Origin: Pelomyxa schiedti
Lineage: Eukaryota > Protista > Evosea
Reading direction: 5' to 3'
Length of the DNA stretch: 64,000 bases
Assembly (NCBI GenBank): GCA_020536535.1
Contig: JAHLWZ010000818.1
Location: 1-64,000 of the forward strand
Each line of letters opens with the position of its first letter. Within the stretch, counting starts at the first letter, position 1. The notes beneath the pieces were generated by a model that was not told where the DNA came from, did not search any database, and worked only from the letters and a program-made list of their open reading frames with translations. Both the position numbers and the translations under genes were made by a program. Shown here piece by piece: positions 1-14,367 of the stretch.

Positions 1-120
1 TTTGTTTGTTTGTTTGTTTGTTTGTTTGTTTGTTTGTTTGTTTGTTTGTTTGTTTGTTTGTTTGTTTGTTTGTTTGTTTGTTTGTTTGTTTGTTTGTTTG
101 TTTGTTTGTTTGTTTGTTTG
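1..120. repeat. (TTTG)n microsatellite, apparently inside an intron of the radical SAM gene
   Basis: Perfect TTTG tandem from base 1 to 120; followed by a short (GGGATT)4 run at ~152-176. Confidence 0.97.
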
Positions 121-1501
121 TGTGTGTTGTTTTGGAGGGAGGGACTGTTGATGGGATTGGGATTGGGATTGGGATTGGCATACATTCATTTACAACACAC
201 TGGGGAGTGGAACATCCGAGGGTGATGCTCCCGCCGGCAGCAACGACCATATCTCGCATCAATTTCAACATGGATCTGAGAGTTCCGGGCTCAAGGTATG
301 CCACTTGCTTGATTCGGGTCAGTATGTTTTGGGAAAAAAAATAGCCAAGCATACTTGACCTAAGCGGCTTTTTCCACGACCAACAAGCATTGGGCGCATA
401 ACCATGACAGTTTTGCATCCCATTGCAAGTATCTATGTGGCGATGAGAAGTTTGGATACATAGTGGCAAAGTTTACCTCGCGAACAGTGTCACATATTGT
501 ACTGAGATTGCGATTGCATAGAGTTACATTTGCTGTCACATTAACACCTGCTTTAAGAAGCACCCGTGCGGTCTCCATAGATCGGGCATATCCCCCAAAG
601 TAGGCACCGCCAGCACCAGGTCCAGTGATTGTATCGTCAAGAAGAGAGACAGACACTTGACACCCTTTATCAGAAAGATACTGAGCAAAATCGGGTGTGT
701 AAATATCAGAGCTGCAAGAGTGTGTTGAATATGAGTGAACAAGAGATTAAGAGATTAGATGACTCAACTCTCCATTCGTGAGAATTGAAGCGCCAACCCC
801 ACATGGGGATAATGTGCAGTAGTTGAAATAAGTAGCATCACACATGTGTTCAACAATCTTCATAAAATCTGGATGCATTGAGGGCTCACCACCAGTGAGA
901 CAAAAACCTGGTTTCAGGAAGATCAAGTCATTGTTACTCAAAGCCAGCAAGAAAAAGAAAGAGATGGGATAAGCCTCAACTTGAAACACCCATCTGTGCC
1001 AATTTATCAATAACCTCTATCCATTCTTGCCCATTCATCTGCCTTCTTATCGGATACTTCTCCTCAGGGTCCTACAAAAAAAAAAAAAATTGAACAACCA
1101 GGCGCGGTGTGCCGTGTTTGATTCGGACACATGTTGGTTCCCCAACGTACCTTCCACACGTTGGAGCAAAAAGGGCACGAGTGGTTGCAAGCATAAGTCA
1201 GCTCCAAAGCAGCAAACGACGGCACCGTCGGCTTCTTCTTCCTCCTGCGGGGAGCCCTTTCTCCCTCGCCCCCGCGGGCCCCCTCCCCCTCCGCCTCCCC
1301 CTCCCCCCGCGGCTCCCCTCGGGGCTCCGCAGTGGTCGCCCCACTCCCGGTAGCAGCGGAAGTGCCGGTGGTGCAGGTGCAGGAGGAGGCACGGCACCCC
1401 TCCTCGGCTTCACTGCCCGTCGTGCTGGCTTCTGCCGCTGGCTGCGGTGCCGTCGCCACCTGGGCGTCGTGGTTTGTGTCTGCCGGTGCCTTGGAATCCA
1501 T
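1..1501 (-). CDS. Radical SAM enzyme, PqqE/SPASM-like; intron-containing; 3' end runs off the window
   Basis: ATG at 1501 (MDSKAPAD). Motifs: AALELTYACNHSCPFCSNVW (CxxxCxxC), CLTGGEPSMHPDF, SILTNG, SVSL, VTANVTLCNRN. Last visible exon (ITLGCSTPQCVV) ends ~184. Confidence 0.85.
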
Positions 1502-1699
1502 CGAAACGAGTAACTGATGGGTTTCGTTTATTTTTCGGCTTTTTGGAGCTTGTTGTTGTGCCTCGTTCCCCGAAAAAGCCGAAGGCGGCGTAGCATCGTG
1601 GGATGCTACTTTAGGCAACTGCATGCAACACAACTAGATGCTGAGGGCAGGCAATGCTTGAGAAGAACGGTTCTTTTGTTTTTCCCTACTCTCTTAGAG

Positions 1700-4600
1700 T
1701 TACAAGAAGAATTTTCCGTTGAGACGGATATCAGTGGAAGACGAACCCACATAGACAAGGAAAGTACCAGTGGCTTCAACCCATTGCTGCAATAGAAGTA
1801 TGGTCAGTGTAACAGGCAAGAAAAAGGTGTTGAGGGGAAGGAGTGTACCTGGGAAACTGTGTCCCAATAGGTCAGGTCACTTGCGCGGTCGATATTGAAT
1901 GACACCCTTACAGATTGGCCTGCTGGGACGAACACTTTCTGAAAACCGCGTAATAACTCGAAAAAGGTTAGTGAAATGGTGTAAATTGTTGAGGAAATAC
2001 CTTGACTGGTTCTCCAGCTGATGCGGGGAATCCAATGTAGAGTTGGGCAACTTCTGCTCCAGAACGAGTCCCGTTGTTCGTTAGAGCAAAAGAAATGAGC
2101 GAAGGACTGGTCATAAGTTGGGTATAGTCAAATTGCGTGTATGAAAGTCCATGGCCGAAAGAAAACAAAGGAGTTTTACCAGTACTATCATACCAAGAGT
2201 ACCTATGGTGTGTAAATTCAAGTTAATGCTTTATGTTTGCAAGAATTAAACCCTATGTATCTGCCTTCAGTGTAGTACTGTACGTCATCAACGCCTGGAT
2301 ATTGGCTCTTTGTTGTGAGCCACGTTTCGTCATCTGACACTGGGAAAGAAACCGGGAGCTTGCCACTTGGATTTACATCACCAAAGAGAATACTGGCCAG
2401 AGCATTGCCATCTTCCTGACCGGGCATCAACATCTCCACTACACTGCTAACCTATTTTTGGTTTTTGATGGCTAAGGATGTGCCGAGATTCTAGGTGTTA
2501 CATACATCATCAATCCACGGCATGGTAACAGCTCCAGGGCTATTGATTACAACTATTGTGTTAGGCTGAGCATCAATTATCGCTCTTATCAATTCATCTT
2601 GGTTATTTCCAAGTTTAAGTGAGTCTCTATCTGCTCCCTCACTGCTTGTGCAGCCCACAACAACCACAGCTACATCACAGGTTGCTGCCAGGGCGGCGGC
2701 CTCAACCAGACTATCGCCGTTATCATACTTCACAACGCCACCATACTGCGCCACTCTGGTGGTAATACCCTGGAGAAAATGTCACCACAGAGAAAAATGA
2801 ACAAAAGGAAGAAACCTGGTAGGGAGTAACCACATAGGGGGGAACTACATAACCAGATCCGTAACTGGCTACAATTGGGGAATCGTTAGCTACAGACCCA
2901 ATTACAGCTATTCTGTTCGGAGTGATCAAAGGAAGGAGGGCCCTGGGAGGATTTGAGTTGGCATTCACTGTTGTAAGCCATACGGAGAATTTTTCAGCAA
3001 AATGGTTGCTGCTTCAGCAAGTGTTTTAGTGAAAGCATCTCTCTCAGCTGAACGAGCATAAGCACCAATATTTCCAGTGTTGACTCGGTCAAACAGTCCT
3101 GAATTCATTACTCCTAAAAAGGGGGATTTAGAATGACCTGCAGCAAAGCTTGATCTAAGGATTCGTGTGGCCATATCGTCAATACGGGATTCAGGAACTG
3201 TTCCATCCGCCACGGCATTGGCCAGTGATGTCCCAAAGTAGCTGTTGAATTGAGATAATCTCTAAAAAAAAGATGTAACACACTCAGATCCAGGCATTTC
3301 CATATCGAGCCCAGCATTTGCAGACCCAACACTGATATGAAAGTTCAGCTATGGTCATGTATAATATGGGAAATACCTGTGAGTGGCTCCCCAATCGGAC
3401 ATTACAAAGCCTATTGATGAGAAGTCAGTCGGTTTAAAACACTTGTCGGGATACCCTTGTATGCCATTTCGTCCTTAAGGAGATGGTTTAGTGCAGCATC
3501 ATTCTCACATGCCCAAGTTCCATTGACGAGGTTATATGAACACATGACAGCACCCGCTCCGGCGTCAATTGCATTACGGAAGTGGGAAAGGTAAAGCTCT
3601 AAAGGCGGGCATAGATTTAGAAAAGAACTTCGTCTTATTCCTTACCATGTTGTGTTTTATCATCCACAATGGCACTAACTGTTGTTCGGTCATACTCCTG
3701 ATTGTTATCTGATGGTTGTGATTTACTGTACCTCCAAAGAGATATTTACCAAGATAATGCTTAGCTGTGGCTATTACACCCTGGCTTTGAATTCCAATTA
3801 TTGTTTCCTTTGCGTAGACACCTCCCAGGTATGCATCTTCACCAACACTCTCGAAGTTCCTTCCACCGACTGGTACACGGGCTATGTTTTCCTTTTGCAG
3901 GTTACTAATATCTACAGTGTAGAATGCGGAGATAAACCATTGGACCAAGCATGATATTTGTACCCTGTATTAAACAAATTTCTTGGTGACTAAAAGAAAA
4001 AAATACTGCTAACCTTGATCAATTGTTCAATAGCCATAGCTGCACCGTATTCTCGCATAAGTTCGGGGTCCCATGTTGCGCAAACAGTGAGAGCTGAAGG
4101 GTAGCATGTAACATCTGTAACCCCATCAGCTACACCCTGAGGACCATCTGTCAAGTTATTGAGTCAGGTGACCATAGGTAGTTATTTGGTATAACCTTCT
4201 AGTGTCAAAGTAGGAATAGCCCAATTAGCATTTCCTCGTACAGTTCCAGCATATGCCCCTCCGTACCTATCTCATAGTTTAGGAGGAAATTTTTCCTTCA
4301 ACATTTTACCCATGAACCATAGCCAGCTTTTCATCCAAAGTCAAACGAGGAAGCAAGTCGGCGACTCGTTCATCGGGTGTAAGTGAATCATCACAGTAAA
4401 CATAAGTGTTAAAAGGAGTATCCAAGCAAGTGGGGATCACAAGTTCCTGGTAAAAGTTACATTGAAGGAGAGCATATTATATGCATGGTACTTACACCAG
4501 CCTTAATGCAGTAATTTTCAAGCTTAGAGACGATTGTACCGTTCTCAGCATTGTAGTGCCACTGAAAGTATTTAGGAGAGGTTATTTGATTGGAAGAGGA

Positions 4601-5158
4601 TTTACAAGCTGGTTATCAAGGCCAAGATAACTCCAGGAGTGAATATAAGCTCCTGGGTTTGAATCGGGGCCGGATATGTCCACACAGTGGAGAGAATCCA
4701 ACTGAAGAAGAACTCAGGCTAGCAAACGCAATTAAATTCACTTACTGCACTCAAAAAGGGTGCCCAGTACGAACTGGAATCGTGGCTCCAGCGCTGATTC
4801 GACGATCCAGCACAAGTATTGAGTTGAATGATTCCACCGTCCGCAGTAGAAGAATCTCGTATCTCCACACAATAGCCGGACTATAGAGTCTTTGTTGAAA
4901 ACGAAAACCAAAACCAAAATTCCCACTGACACCCAACCAAATACCTGGGAAATAATTTGTCCAGTTGTAGAATCAAAGTTCCAAACCATTTCCTCCTCAG
5001 TCGAGGAACAAGGGTACACTGTCAACCCAATTAGACCAACTGTCAAAAACCAAGCCAACGAATAGCTATTAACTGTATAGCATGTCCCCAATTGAGTCGC
5101 CAAATACGGCGTGCAAGGCTACGAGCACTAAAACCAAGGCACAAACAACACGCGCCAT
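1700..5158 (-). CDS. Secreted GH3 beta-glucosidase with N-terminal ricin-B-like lectin region and C-terminal Fn3-like domain
   Basis: Signal peptide MARVVCALVLVLVALHAVFG. GH3 motifs: NIARVPVGGRNFESVGED, ATAKHY, VMSDWGA, SEGADRDSL, GDVNPSGKLPVSFP, FSFGHGLSYTQF, LRGFQKV, VYVGSSSTDIRL. WNFDSTTGQI-type ricin repeat; TAA at 1700-1702. Confidence 0.92.
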
Positions 5159-5320
5159 GCACGGAATCTTATTTTTATTTTAAATTTCTTTGCCCTTTGG
5201 GGAATGGGGCGTTTCGGGATTGATGGTTTTCCTACTTTTGAAAAATGATGTGCATTGTACAATCGTTTCGTTCGTATTGGCCAAAAGAGGGAGTGGGAAT
5301 TGGTGCTGGTATCTTTATGT

Positions 5321-6464
5321 CTAGTGCAGACTGAGAAGTATCTGACTTGTGATTTCTGAACAAAGGGTGGTAAGTGGGTTAAATATAGTGTGTATAGACA
5401 ATAATGCATACGCTGCACCATGTCAGGCTCGGGTTTGTTGATCTTGGATGTGGAAGTGCTTGCGGTTGGTTGTGTGACTGATGCTTGGTTCATTTCCGCG
5501 AGAATTTTTGCAGCTGTGTCCCTAGGGAACACTACGTGGTCGCCTGTAACAACCCAGGAATGGATTTTGGAGGCCTCCAAAAACTCCTCGGGAGTGGTGA
5601 TGTGAAGCATGGCAGATAACCGGTCCTTTTCAATGCGCTTGTAGGTAAGAGTGATGACTCCATAAATATCTGTTGTGAAAGGCTCGTGTGAATTTGGAGG
5701 TTATGTGAAAATTATAAATGCACAAGGAGATTACATTTCCTCAACGCCGGTAAGAAGTCAGGGACTGCAATCCGTTTTAATTCTTCGGCATCAATTGCGG
5801 CCGCACGCCAGAATTCTTCGAACTTGGCAGTCTCGAGTAAGTCATAGAGATACTGGAGCACAGATACAGATTTATCTGTCATCTGGACAAAAGGTTAATT
5901 TGACTTGGCAAGCAGCTGTTCGACAAGGACCTTTCTGGGCAGTATCCCTAGACAACAAGAGAAGTCAGGTTGTGGAATTCTCATGAGGGCATTAGCCAAG
6001 ACTTTCAGCACAAGTTCTCGTTTCAGAAGTTCTGGATGGAAACTGTATACTTTGAGAAGCATTGTCGCCACATCGAATTTATAGTTCTGTGCACGTAAGT
6101 ACTTTCTCGTCAGAACCCAACGCAAACAAATCTCCCACATAAACACACCCTCTTTTCAAAAAAAAAAAAAAAAAAAAAACAAGAAAATTAATATGTACTT
6201 CATAACATACAGTTTGAAGGTACTGCTCCAGCATAGTCAAAAACGCACCAGGAGTAGCCAACACATCCGGATCCGCTATTTCGCACTTCTCAAAGAAAGC
6301 AGCGTCAAAAGAACCTGCGTTAGCATCGAGGATTAAGGGTGGTTTTAAAAAAAAAAAAAAAGGGTCAGTCCGTTTTGAACATGGAGGCGTGAAGATGTGT
6401 ATGTTATGAATGTACACAAACTACGAGGGAGTTCTGTGGTCGATGTGGTCGCCGTAGTGGCCAT
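5321..6464 (-). CDS. EIF3K: Translation initiation factor 3 subunit K (CSN8/PSD8/EIF3K family)
   Basis: LEQYLQTVC, MLLKVYSFHP, KVLANALMRIPQPDFSCCL, LLETAKFEEFW, IYGVITLTYKRI; joined across GT-AG introns. Confidence 0.8.
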
Positions 6465-6729
6465 GATCGTGAATAAGGAAAAATGGGAAATAAGCCCATC
6501 TGCAATTGCGTCTTCAGACTCCATCACTCATCCTCATTCTTCACATGTCCCACCAGATTCCACGCACAACACTCCACGAGGAAACCCACTGGGAGCCAAC
6601 CAACAATGGGCGGGAAAAGCCTCCGAGGTGATTTCGCCGAATACCCGGGGCACGCGGAGGAGAAAAAAAACTCCGCCCGTCAAACTCCATCGAAGGAGGC
6701 GTGTGTACGAGTACGTAGAAAGATCTAGC

Positions 6730-9700
6730 ATGGCCGACGCAGGGCCGTCGTCTTGCGGCGTTGTAGACAGGAGAGGGGGCGGCGGTTTCCACGACGACGA
6801 CGCGGCCGCGGCCGCGGACGACCCCGCGGGAGCCGGCGCACCCGCGGCCGCCGCCACGCGGCAGGACGCGGCGGCGACGAGGCTGCTGCAGCGGGACTGC
6901 TGCGCGGCGATGCACCTCGGGGCGTGCGTGGCGGTCTTCGCGCTGTGCATCCTGGTCCTCTCGTTCGGGCAAGGCGGGGCGCTGCCGGGGACGCGGGTGG
7001 CGGGGCGGGAGGGGAGCGGCGGGGGCGGGGGGGACTGGGGTGGCGGGGACGGCGTTATGTGGTTCGTGCATGTGACGGACTTGCATATTAGCATGTTCGA
7101 ACCTGCGCCCGCTGAGGTGCGGCGGTCTCGTGCTTGCTTTGTTACTATTGGGAATTGGGCTTTTTTTTTTTTTTTTTTTGTTTTGTTTTGTTTAGGTTTT
7201 TTGTGGAAGGAGAGGCAGAGTAAAACTCTCTTTTGGTTGGTTTTTTTTTTTTCGCACTGGGTTTACTTCTTGTGCTAGAACTTCAATGTTTTCTGCAATG
7301 AAACCTTGAGAGTTATAAACCCTGGGTTCGATTTTCCCACCTCTGCTTCTTTCTTTTGTCCTTTCTGCCTGTTGTTATAATGACACCAACCCAGGTTCAT
7401 TGTGGTTACCGGCGACTTGTGTGATTCTTGGGCAGAAGAAAGTGGATTTCACACTCAGCAACACAAAGTGACAAATCACTTTAATATAAATCCCGCCTTA
7501 TAGCTATTACAGGAGGAATGGGAGCTTTACAGATCGATCCTGGACAAGAACGGAATCCCAACTAATTTTACTTATTGGGACACACTTGGCAACCATGATG
7601 TGTTCGGCGTTCTTGGTCCCAAAGATGATAATTTATACGCACGGCAATACTCTGTTGCTGGCGCTCTCATAGAGAATGATGTATTCGAGCATGTTTATAG
7701 AACTTCATTTGGTAGTTACCGCATAGTATTCTTTATTGGGCTGTGGTGAGTAATTCTTGTTGTTCCTTGGGGAGATTAATACCACTTCAGGGGTGGAGCT
7801 GGCTTGTCTCTCTCAATAGACGGGCCAATTACCCGAGAGTCAGTTGAGACCCTAAAAAATATCCTTGCAAACGATACTGATCCCACTACTGGTTTAAAGT
7901 ACAACCACACTTTTGTGGCAACCCATTTCCCAACAAGCTTGATGGCTCCCAATCCACCAAGAAGCTTCATGCACTCTCTAGGGTAGGCTTATGGCACAAA
8001 TTCTCACTAACTGCCCTAGAGAAGAAGCCCACCACTTTCCTATCACAGCTTGGCTTGTGGGACATATTCACTCTACAGGGTATGATGCTCATTACAATAG
8101 ACTATCTCTGGAGCTTTCTTTGGCAGATTTTCAGGTTCTCTTCTTATACCATAGTCTCTTTTTGTTTTGAAAAATATCCTCAGGAACAGACTGCCTACCG
8201 CGTAATTGGACTAGATCATGACATGTTCTCCTTTCAAGAAGGCTTTCTAGACGAATGGCCACTGATCTTGGTTACAAATCCAAAGGATGCCCTATTCTTG
8301 TCTCAACGTGATCCCATTTCTGTAATGCGTGTTTCTACTCATATACATTGTTTGGTATTTGCTCCATTTCCTGGTAAGAGTGACATGGAGGTAGGATGTT
8401 TCATTTTGTATTTGTTGACATTCTTGTATAGTCTCCGTTTCGGTTTCCATAGATGGGGTTGAATTATGCCATGTAATGGATAGAGTTGGCTCTTCGTCAC
8501 TTTACACATGTCCTTGGAGTCCCACATTGTACACCAATCTCCACAAAATTACCGTTGTTCTCCTCCTTGACGTATGTTACCTAAAACATTCAAGGTAACT
8601 GCTTGGTTCAATACAACCGATGGGGGCCAATCCAATGCAATACACGAGCATTTCTTTTCTGTTGATGGTACAACTGATGAACTTCTATCCCCGACGAAGT
8701 CTTTTATTCTGGGTGTAAATGTACACAAGAAAGTGTTCAACATGGAACATTTCTCAATGTTTCCAGATTGTATCATTTTTCTACGCACTCTATATAATCG
8801 TGATGGTGTACATACTGATTTTTATGTTGGTGCTCCCGCCCATCTTTGCAACCTTGTACAGGATGTGGGCAGGGAGTAGAAGGCGTGGGTTAAAGAAGAT
8901 GGATCCTGTTCTTGGCCCGGTTTCCATTGCCTGGATGACATCAATAGAGGTATTACTTCTTTTTAACTTCGCCGTTACTGAAAGTGTCCAACAGGAGAAA
9001 GCAGCAACCTTCAACACGTACACTAGCACCATGCATCTCTCAACCCTCGAAACCTTTACTGCTCTGGCGACATGGAGACTGCGCTCCACTTTGGTATGAA
9101 TCATGAAATATTCAATGTGCACCTTTTAATTGTTGGCCAGTGGAGACTGTCACATATTCCTCTAAAATACCGGTTGTTCTTGATGGCATGTGGTCTAATT
9201 TCTAGTGTTGGCCCCACTTTTTTTGGTCCCTTTGGGGACTATTGGGGTGCCAGCTTCTTTTGGGGAACTGCTGCCCCTGTTGTTGGGTTGGCCTCTGACT
9301 AAAACGCTTTTTTTTTAGTTCCTCACTCTTTTGCCAGGGTGACCCCATTCATGATTGGTTACCTCGAAGGTGCTGCTTTCCTTTTGTGTGTATGTGCCCT
9401 GCAATTTCCTTTACCGGTCTCACTTTCAGCAAGATTTTCTATCCAAGTATTGCAATAATCAATGAGCGGACAAGACCACGGTGCGTTTGTTTTCCATTCA
9501 GCGTCTGTTGTTTATTTCACTATCTAGGCAGACATTACCAAAGCCTGGAATAACAGTGTGGGAATGGGTAATGCTGATTCTTCAATTTGTAGTACTGGTT
9601 GCAGCATGTATAGCCGTTATTCTTCTATACTCCGTATGGTGCATGTTTTTATCCCCTGGGCTTCTTTGGTGTGGCCTGGTCCTCCTACTTGTAAATGTAA

Positions 9701-9864
9701 GACTAGTACTCCTTGCCTATGCAACACCCATTGACGAGGGACCAACTGGATTCTCTAAGTGGGTTCACATTGTGTGCTGCACAAGAAGGTCACACAAAGG
9801 CCCGTGTTTTCCGGCAGTTCTCCGTTATCTTGAAGAACACCACCCATCCCTCCAAGATGATTGA
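6730..9864 (+). CDS. TMEM62: TMEM62-like membrane metallophosphoesterase
   Basis: WFVHVTDLHIS, VTGDLCD, LGNHD, YRVIGLDHDMFSF, WPLILVTNPKDA; multiple C-terminal TM segments. Confidence 0.88.
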
Positions 9865-9981
9865 ATTTTGTGGTCACCTTCGGTCTTCTATGGCAGAGAA
9901 TTCAAAAAAGAAAAAAAACTTTTCGAAATTTTTACACCGTTCTCAAATGGAGGTAGATGAGGAAGTCCACAAAAATCTACT

Positions 9982-12900
9982 TCATGGGCCTTGGTCCAGA
10001 ACAAATGCGTGTAGCTCCGCCGAAACGTCAGGTCTATTGGTAGCCAGCGTTTCAATGAATTGTTTCAGCTGGGCAAGGTTGTGCTCAATTTCAGCTTTCT
10101 TGGACTCAAGCTGCTGAAATCTTGTTTCGAAGCGAGTCAGTGTGGATGTACTATACTTTCTCACAAGCATGCGGTACTGTTCCAGCTCAAATGATTGCTT
10201 TTTGAAAAAAAAAAAGTGGTGTTAGTGTTGTAGTGCCGATAATAGGGGGAAACCTGGTGTGCGTTTTGGATGAGAGTGTGTAGGTGAGTTCTGCTGGATG
10301 CGGCCTGTTGGGCAACGCTTGCTTTTTGCTCTTCTAGAATACTTATCTCTTTTTGTATAGTTGCCATTTCTTCAGATATTTTTGTATAGCCTGGAAAATT
10401 CATTGTTCCAAATGGAAATTTATTAAATTTAATTATGAAATGCCAAGAAAACGAAGGATGTACTTGTATTTGCGGAATTCAAGTCAGCTTGAGATTGCTT
10501 GAGCTGTTGCTTGAGGGCAGAAATTTGTCTCTGTGCTTGAAGCTTGCAAGTGTTGGGATCCGATGTGAGAATTGCAATTCCTCTGCATTCGTAGGTAAGT
10601 AGTTGCTTCTGCGGAATACACATTACTTAAGACATGCAGCACCGCGCCGGTCAGCAGCTTTTTCTAGTTCTTGGATCAGGGATTCTTGTTTTTTCTTCAA
10701 CTTGCTCAACCTTGTCATGTTAAATACAAGAAATTGCTCAGCTTCCCGACTTTAGTTGCATTACGTGGATTTCTCTTCTCAATGAAGATATCTCTGTGGC
10801 ACCAACTGTGGGATCTATTTGCTCCTGTGTTTGTTTCCACTCAGAAATCTTTTCAGCCAATTGGATTTCCTCCTCCCTGGAAAAGTTAGTAGGAAACTTG
10901 CGTTTGGAAGGACCCACTCCAATTTAATGTGTGTCAGAGACAGTACTTCATTTTCTGCAAGGAGTTCGGAGACTGTGTTATCAAGCTTTTTTACTTCCGC
11001 ACTGCTTTCCTATGAATTGTTAGGCAAGAAAAACAGGAATGGAATACAGCAAGTTTGGTTTCTGCTTGTTGCTGAAAACTCAAGCTGCCTTCATTCAAAA
11101 CTTCCTTTTCACGTGACTGTTTAGAAATTAAATCATTCAATTTCTCCAAGTCACGCTGCAGCAGAGCAATAGCTCGCTCGAGGTCTGTAATGTCTCTTTG
11201 ATGCGCTCTCTGGGAATCTCAATGCTACTTAATCAAAGAAAAAAATAAAAAATTAGCCAGTCACCATGTAATTCAAGCTGGGTTTGAGTCATAGTGGAAA
11301 GATTATCAGATAATGCGTGCATTTTATCTTCAATATCATGGCATTGAGTCTCCAGTCCTATGAGCTCCGTTTGGGATTGAATCCAAATATGTTGCATTTC
11401 AAGTTGCTGGCGAGTCTGCTTTGTGTGAGTAGCCAGAATCTCAGGTAATTTTTGGTTACCTTCTCTGCGATTTCGTTTGTAAGACTTTTTATAGTGATTT
11501 CCAGGATTCCATTGTTGGATTCCTATTGGAGAAATGAGATTTGAGGGAAATCAAGCATTATTTGTGTTGATTTTCATTAAACCAGTTGCCTGAGAATTGT
11601 TTGACGTTAATTTCTCGAGTTTGTTGTTGAGTCGATCAATTTCTGATTGTTTTAAAACCATCTCATCCCCTTGTTTTTTAATATCCACCTCAAGCTGGCT
11701 AAGTTTTTCGTTTTTTGCTTTGAGGTCCTGGAGTTGTTTGTTCTATGCAGAACAAAAAGTGGTCATACAGATTCGGCAAGCTGAACCTGTTTCTGTATAC
11801 GATGAATGGCAGTATTCGTGTTGACAATGTCTATTTGGAGTAGATATAAATCATTTTGTAGTTTTGCTTGTTCCAAAAACTGAAGCTCTTAGGCATCAAT
11901 AGGAGAAAATGGAAATAAACCTTCTCTTCCAAAATATCGAGAACTTTGCTCTTCCCAGACCGAGATTGTTGGGTGCTTTTTTGATGTGTTTTGCGCGCAT
12001 AGAGCAGCTCAGATATGGAGGCCTCAACTTGCAGAGTTTGTGCCACAAGTTGGTTGTGTTCTTTACGAAGTGAAGCACTTTGACTTCTTAGGGAAATAAC
12101 TTCCTAGTATTTCGTGTCTGCTCTATGCATACTTGTAAGGCACAGTCTTACCTTGTCCATCCCAACAAGTTCAGTTTCTGTTTGATTAACCTCGGCCGAT
12201 ATTGTGGAATTTTGACGCAATAATTCTTCTTCCTCTTTTTTGCATTCTTCAAGCCTTCTTTCAAGGTGTTCTTCCTCTGTGCTTATCTATATTTTTGTTA
12301 CTGAAGCTCAGAAGAAAAGATTTACTTTGTTTATTGTGATCAGTAGACGCTCATTTTCAGCTTGAATAGACTGCTGCCTTGCAGTGATGCCATCAGCCTC
12401 GTTCCCTAGAGAGAGAAGCATAGATCTCTTCTCCCTTCAAGATTAAGAAAATAGTCTATTGTGTAACACATACTGAATTTCTTGTTCTAGTTGGTTATGG
12501 AGTTCATTTTCTTTTGTGATTGCAGAAATATTTGATTGCCATTCCTGCTGACATCGCCTTTTTTGCATTTGAAGGGTCTATGGGAAAGTCACTTCTGATG
12601 CCAGCATAGTTAGTGGAACCTGCATTTCAGCAGCCAACTCTGCTTTTATACTGCTTGAATTACTCGAGTCCGACTGGTAAGCCAAAAGTGCGTCATCTAA
12701 CCCGTGTAACCGTTCTGTAAGTCCTTTCAATTCTTCACTAAGTTTATCTACAAGTAAGTCCTACTAAGTGTTATCAGGACATATCAGGAGTAACAAAACC
12801 TGTTCCAGCATTTTCTGTTCTGTGTTATTAGAGAGTTCCAGTGCTTTCTCTGCAGCGCGCTCCATTAGCTTGACCCCTGATATAAGCTCTGATTTTTGAG

Positions 12901-14146
12901 ATCTCAACTGCTGGGCCAACTGATTCGCCTTTTTGAGGGACATTATTTTCTTCTCACCTATTTACAGTCAAGGACTGCATTAAAAAAAGACTTCGGACAT
13001 TCAGCTTGTATAGCAGTGACCAAGAATTTCTCATTTGAGTTGATTTCTTCCATGTCCTGCAGCTCTGCATCCAAATCTTCTCTGTTTGTAAATTGGGGCG
13101 ATAGAAAAAAAATAAGAATCTAACATAATTTGTGCGGTTGATACCGATTTTTGTGCTCAATTTGAAGTTGTGCTTCAGCTTCTTGTGAGTTTACAACTAA
13201 TTTAGCATATTGTTTTTGTAATAAAAACATCCTTGCCCCAACATCTTCTCGATTGGCAATAGTAAGCTTGAGAGTTGCTTCCTTTTGGTTTTTTAGTAGA
13301 AGGTACATCTAGAGTACTGTTGCACCTTTTCCCGAATTTCTTCATCAATGAGTTGAGTGGCTTCTATAAGTTGTTTCGCCCACGAAGCTTGTACTCGTGC
13401 AAGTAAAGGCTAGGAACGTTTAACTAACCAAAAATGAAAAAACAAAACTGTGATCACAAACATGGTCTGGGTCGAGTTCCAGAGCAAAACCCTAAAGTGC
13501 ATTGAGTGACCATTGTACAGAGCCAACAGGAATAAATAAGGCAAGATACCGAAGAGGAACTGCCTGCATTGGCGTCTTTGAATCCTATGTTGGATACAGG
13601 ACCAGTTTGGCCTTGATTCTCTGTCACAACAGGGATCCCCACTCTGTTGTTATTTTGAAAATTGTGTGCACTTGTTGGTTTTGCAGCCCCAATGTTATTT
13701 TCATTTTTGTTTGGTGTCCCCACATTGGCAACAGGCAGCACTGATTTCGCCGAAGCTGTGGTCCCTGTTGTTGGCTGAGCGTTCTGCGAAAGTGGCCTGC
13801 GACCAACCGCTGAAGACGAGGAGGTCGTGTGTCGGTTCGACTTGGCTCCCACAATCGCGGTCGGCGCTGCACCGCCGTTTCTGGGCACAGAAGCTGATGG
13901 AGTTAAAGTTCTTGGTCGAGGTGATCCGTTTGGGGTGCCGGTGGTAGATTTGGTAGCAACGGCGGTTGTTGGTTTGGGAGACGACTTGGGGGAAGCGATG
14001 CGGCGTCGCTCTTCCGTTATGGGAACGAGAGGCGCGTTTGGCTTTGGGCCACCTGGCGAGCTTGGCTTTGTAGCGTGCGTCGAAGGAGTCCCCAAGAGAT
14101 TGTCGTCACGCTTTGGTGTCGCCGTGCGTTTGGTGCTCGCGCTCAT
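9982..14146 (-). CDS. Large coiled-coil protein with S/T/P-rich N-terminus, function unknown
   Basis: 230-aa low-complexity first exon, then many short E/K/Q/L-rich heptad exons with GT-AG introns. Confidence 0.7.
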
Positions 14147-14367
14147 CCCAACAGCCTATTGGTTTTCTCTGAAATTGATGAGCGAACTCAATTCAACGAG
14201 TTCAGCGCCACATTTCGGATCTTTTCTCAGAGCGGTGTTGTTCGGCAAAAGAAGCGCCTCATTAGCCAGGGCAAACCAAAAAAACAACAACAAAAAGGCA
14301 GTACAATCGTACCGCCGCGCGGAACGATCGCCGTTCGCGAACACACCCAACTGCCCCAAGAGAGACG

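Noticed and set aside
152-176. (GGGATT)4 as a telomeric repeat
   Set aside because: Not TTAGGG or its complement; only four units; apparently intronic
6-344. ORFs reading (FVCL)n
   Set aside because: Translation of the TTTG microsatellite, antisense to the radical SAM gene
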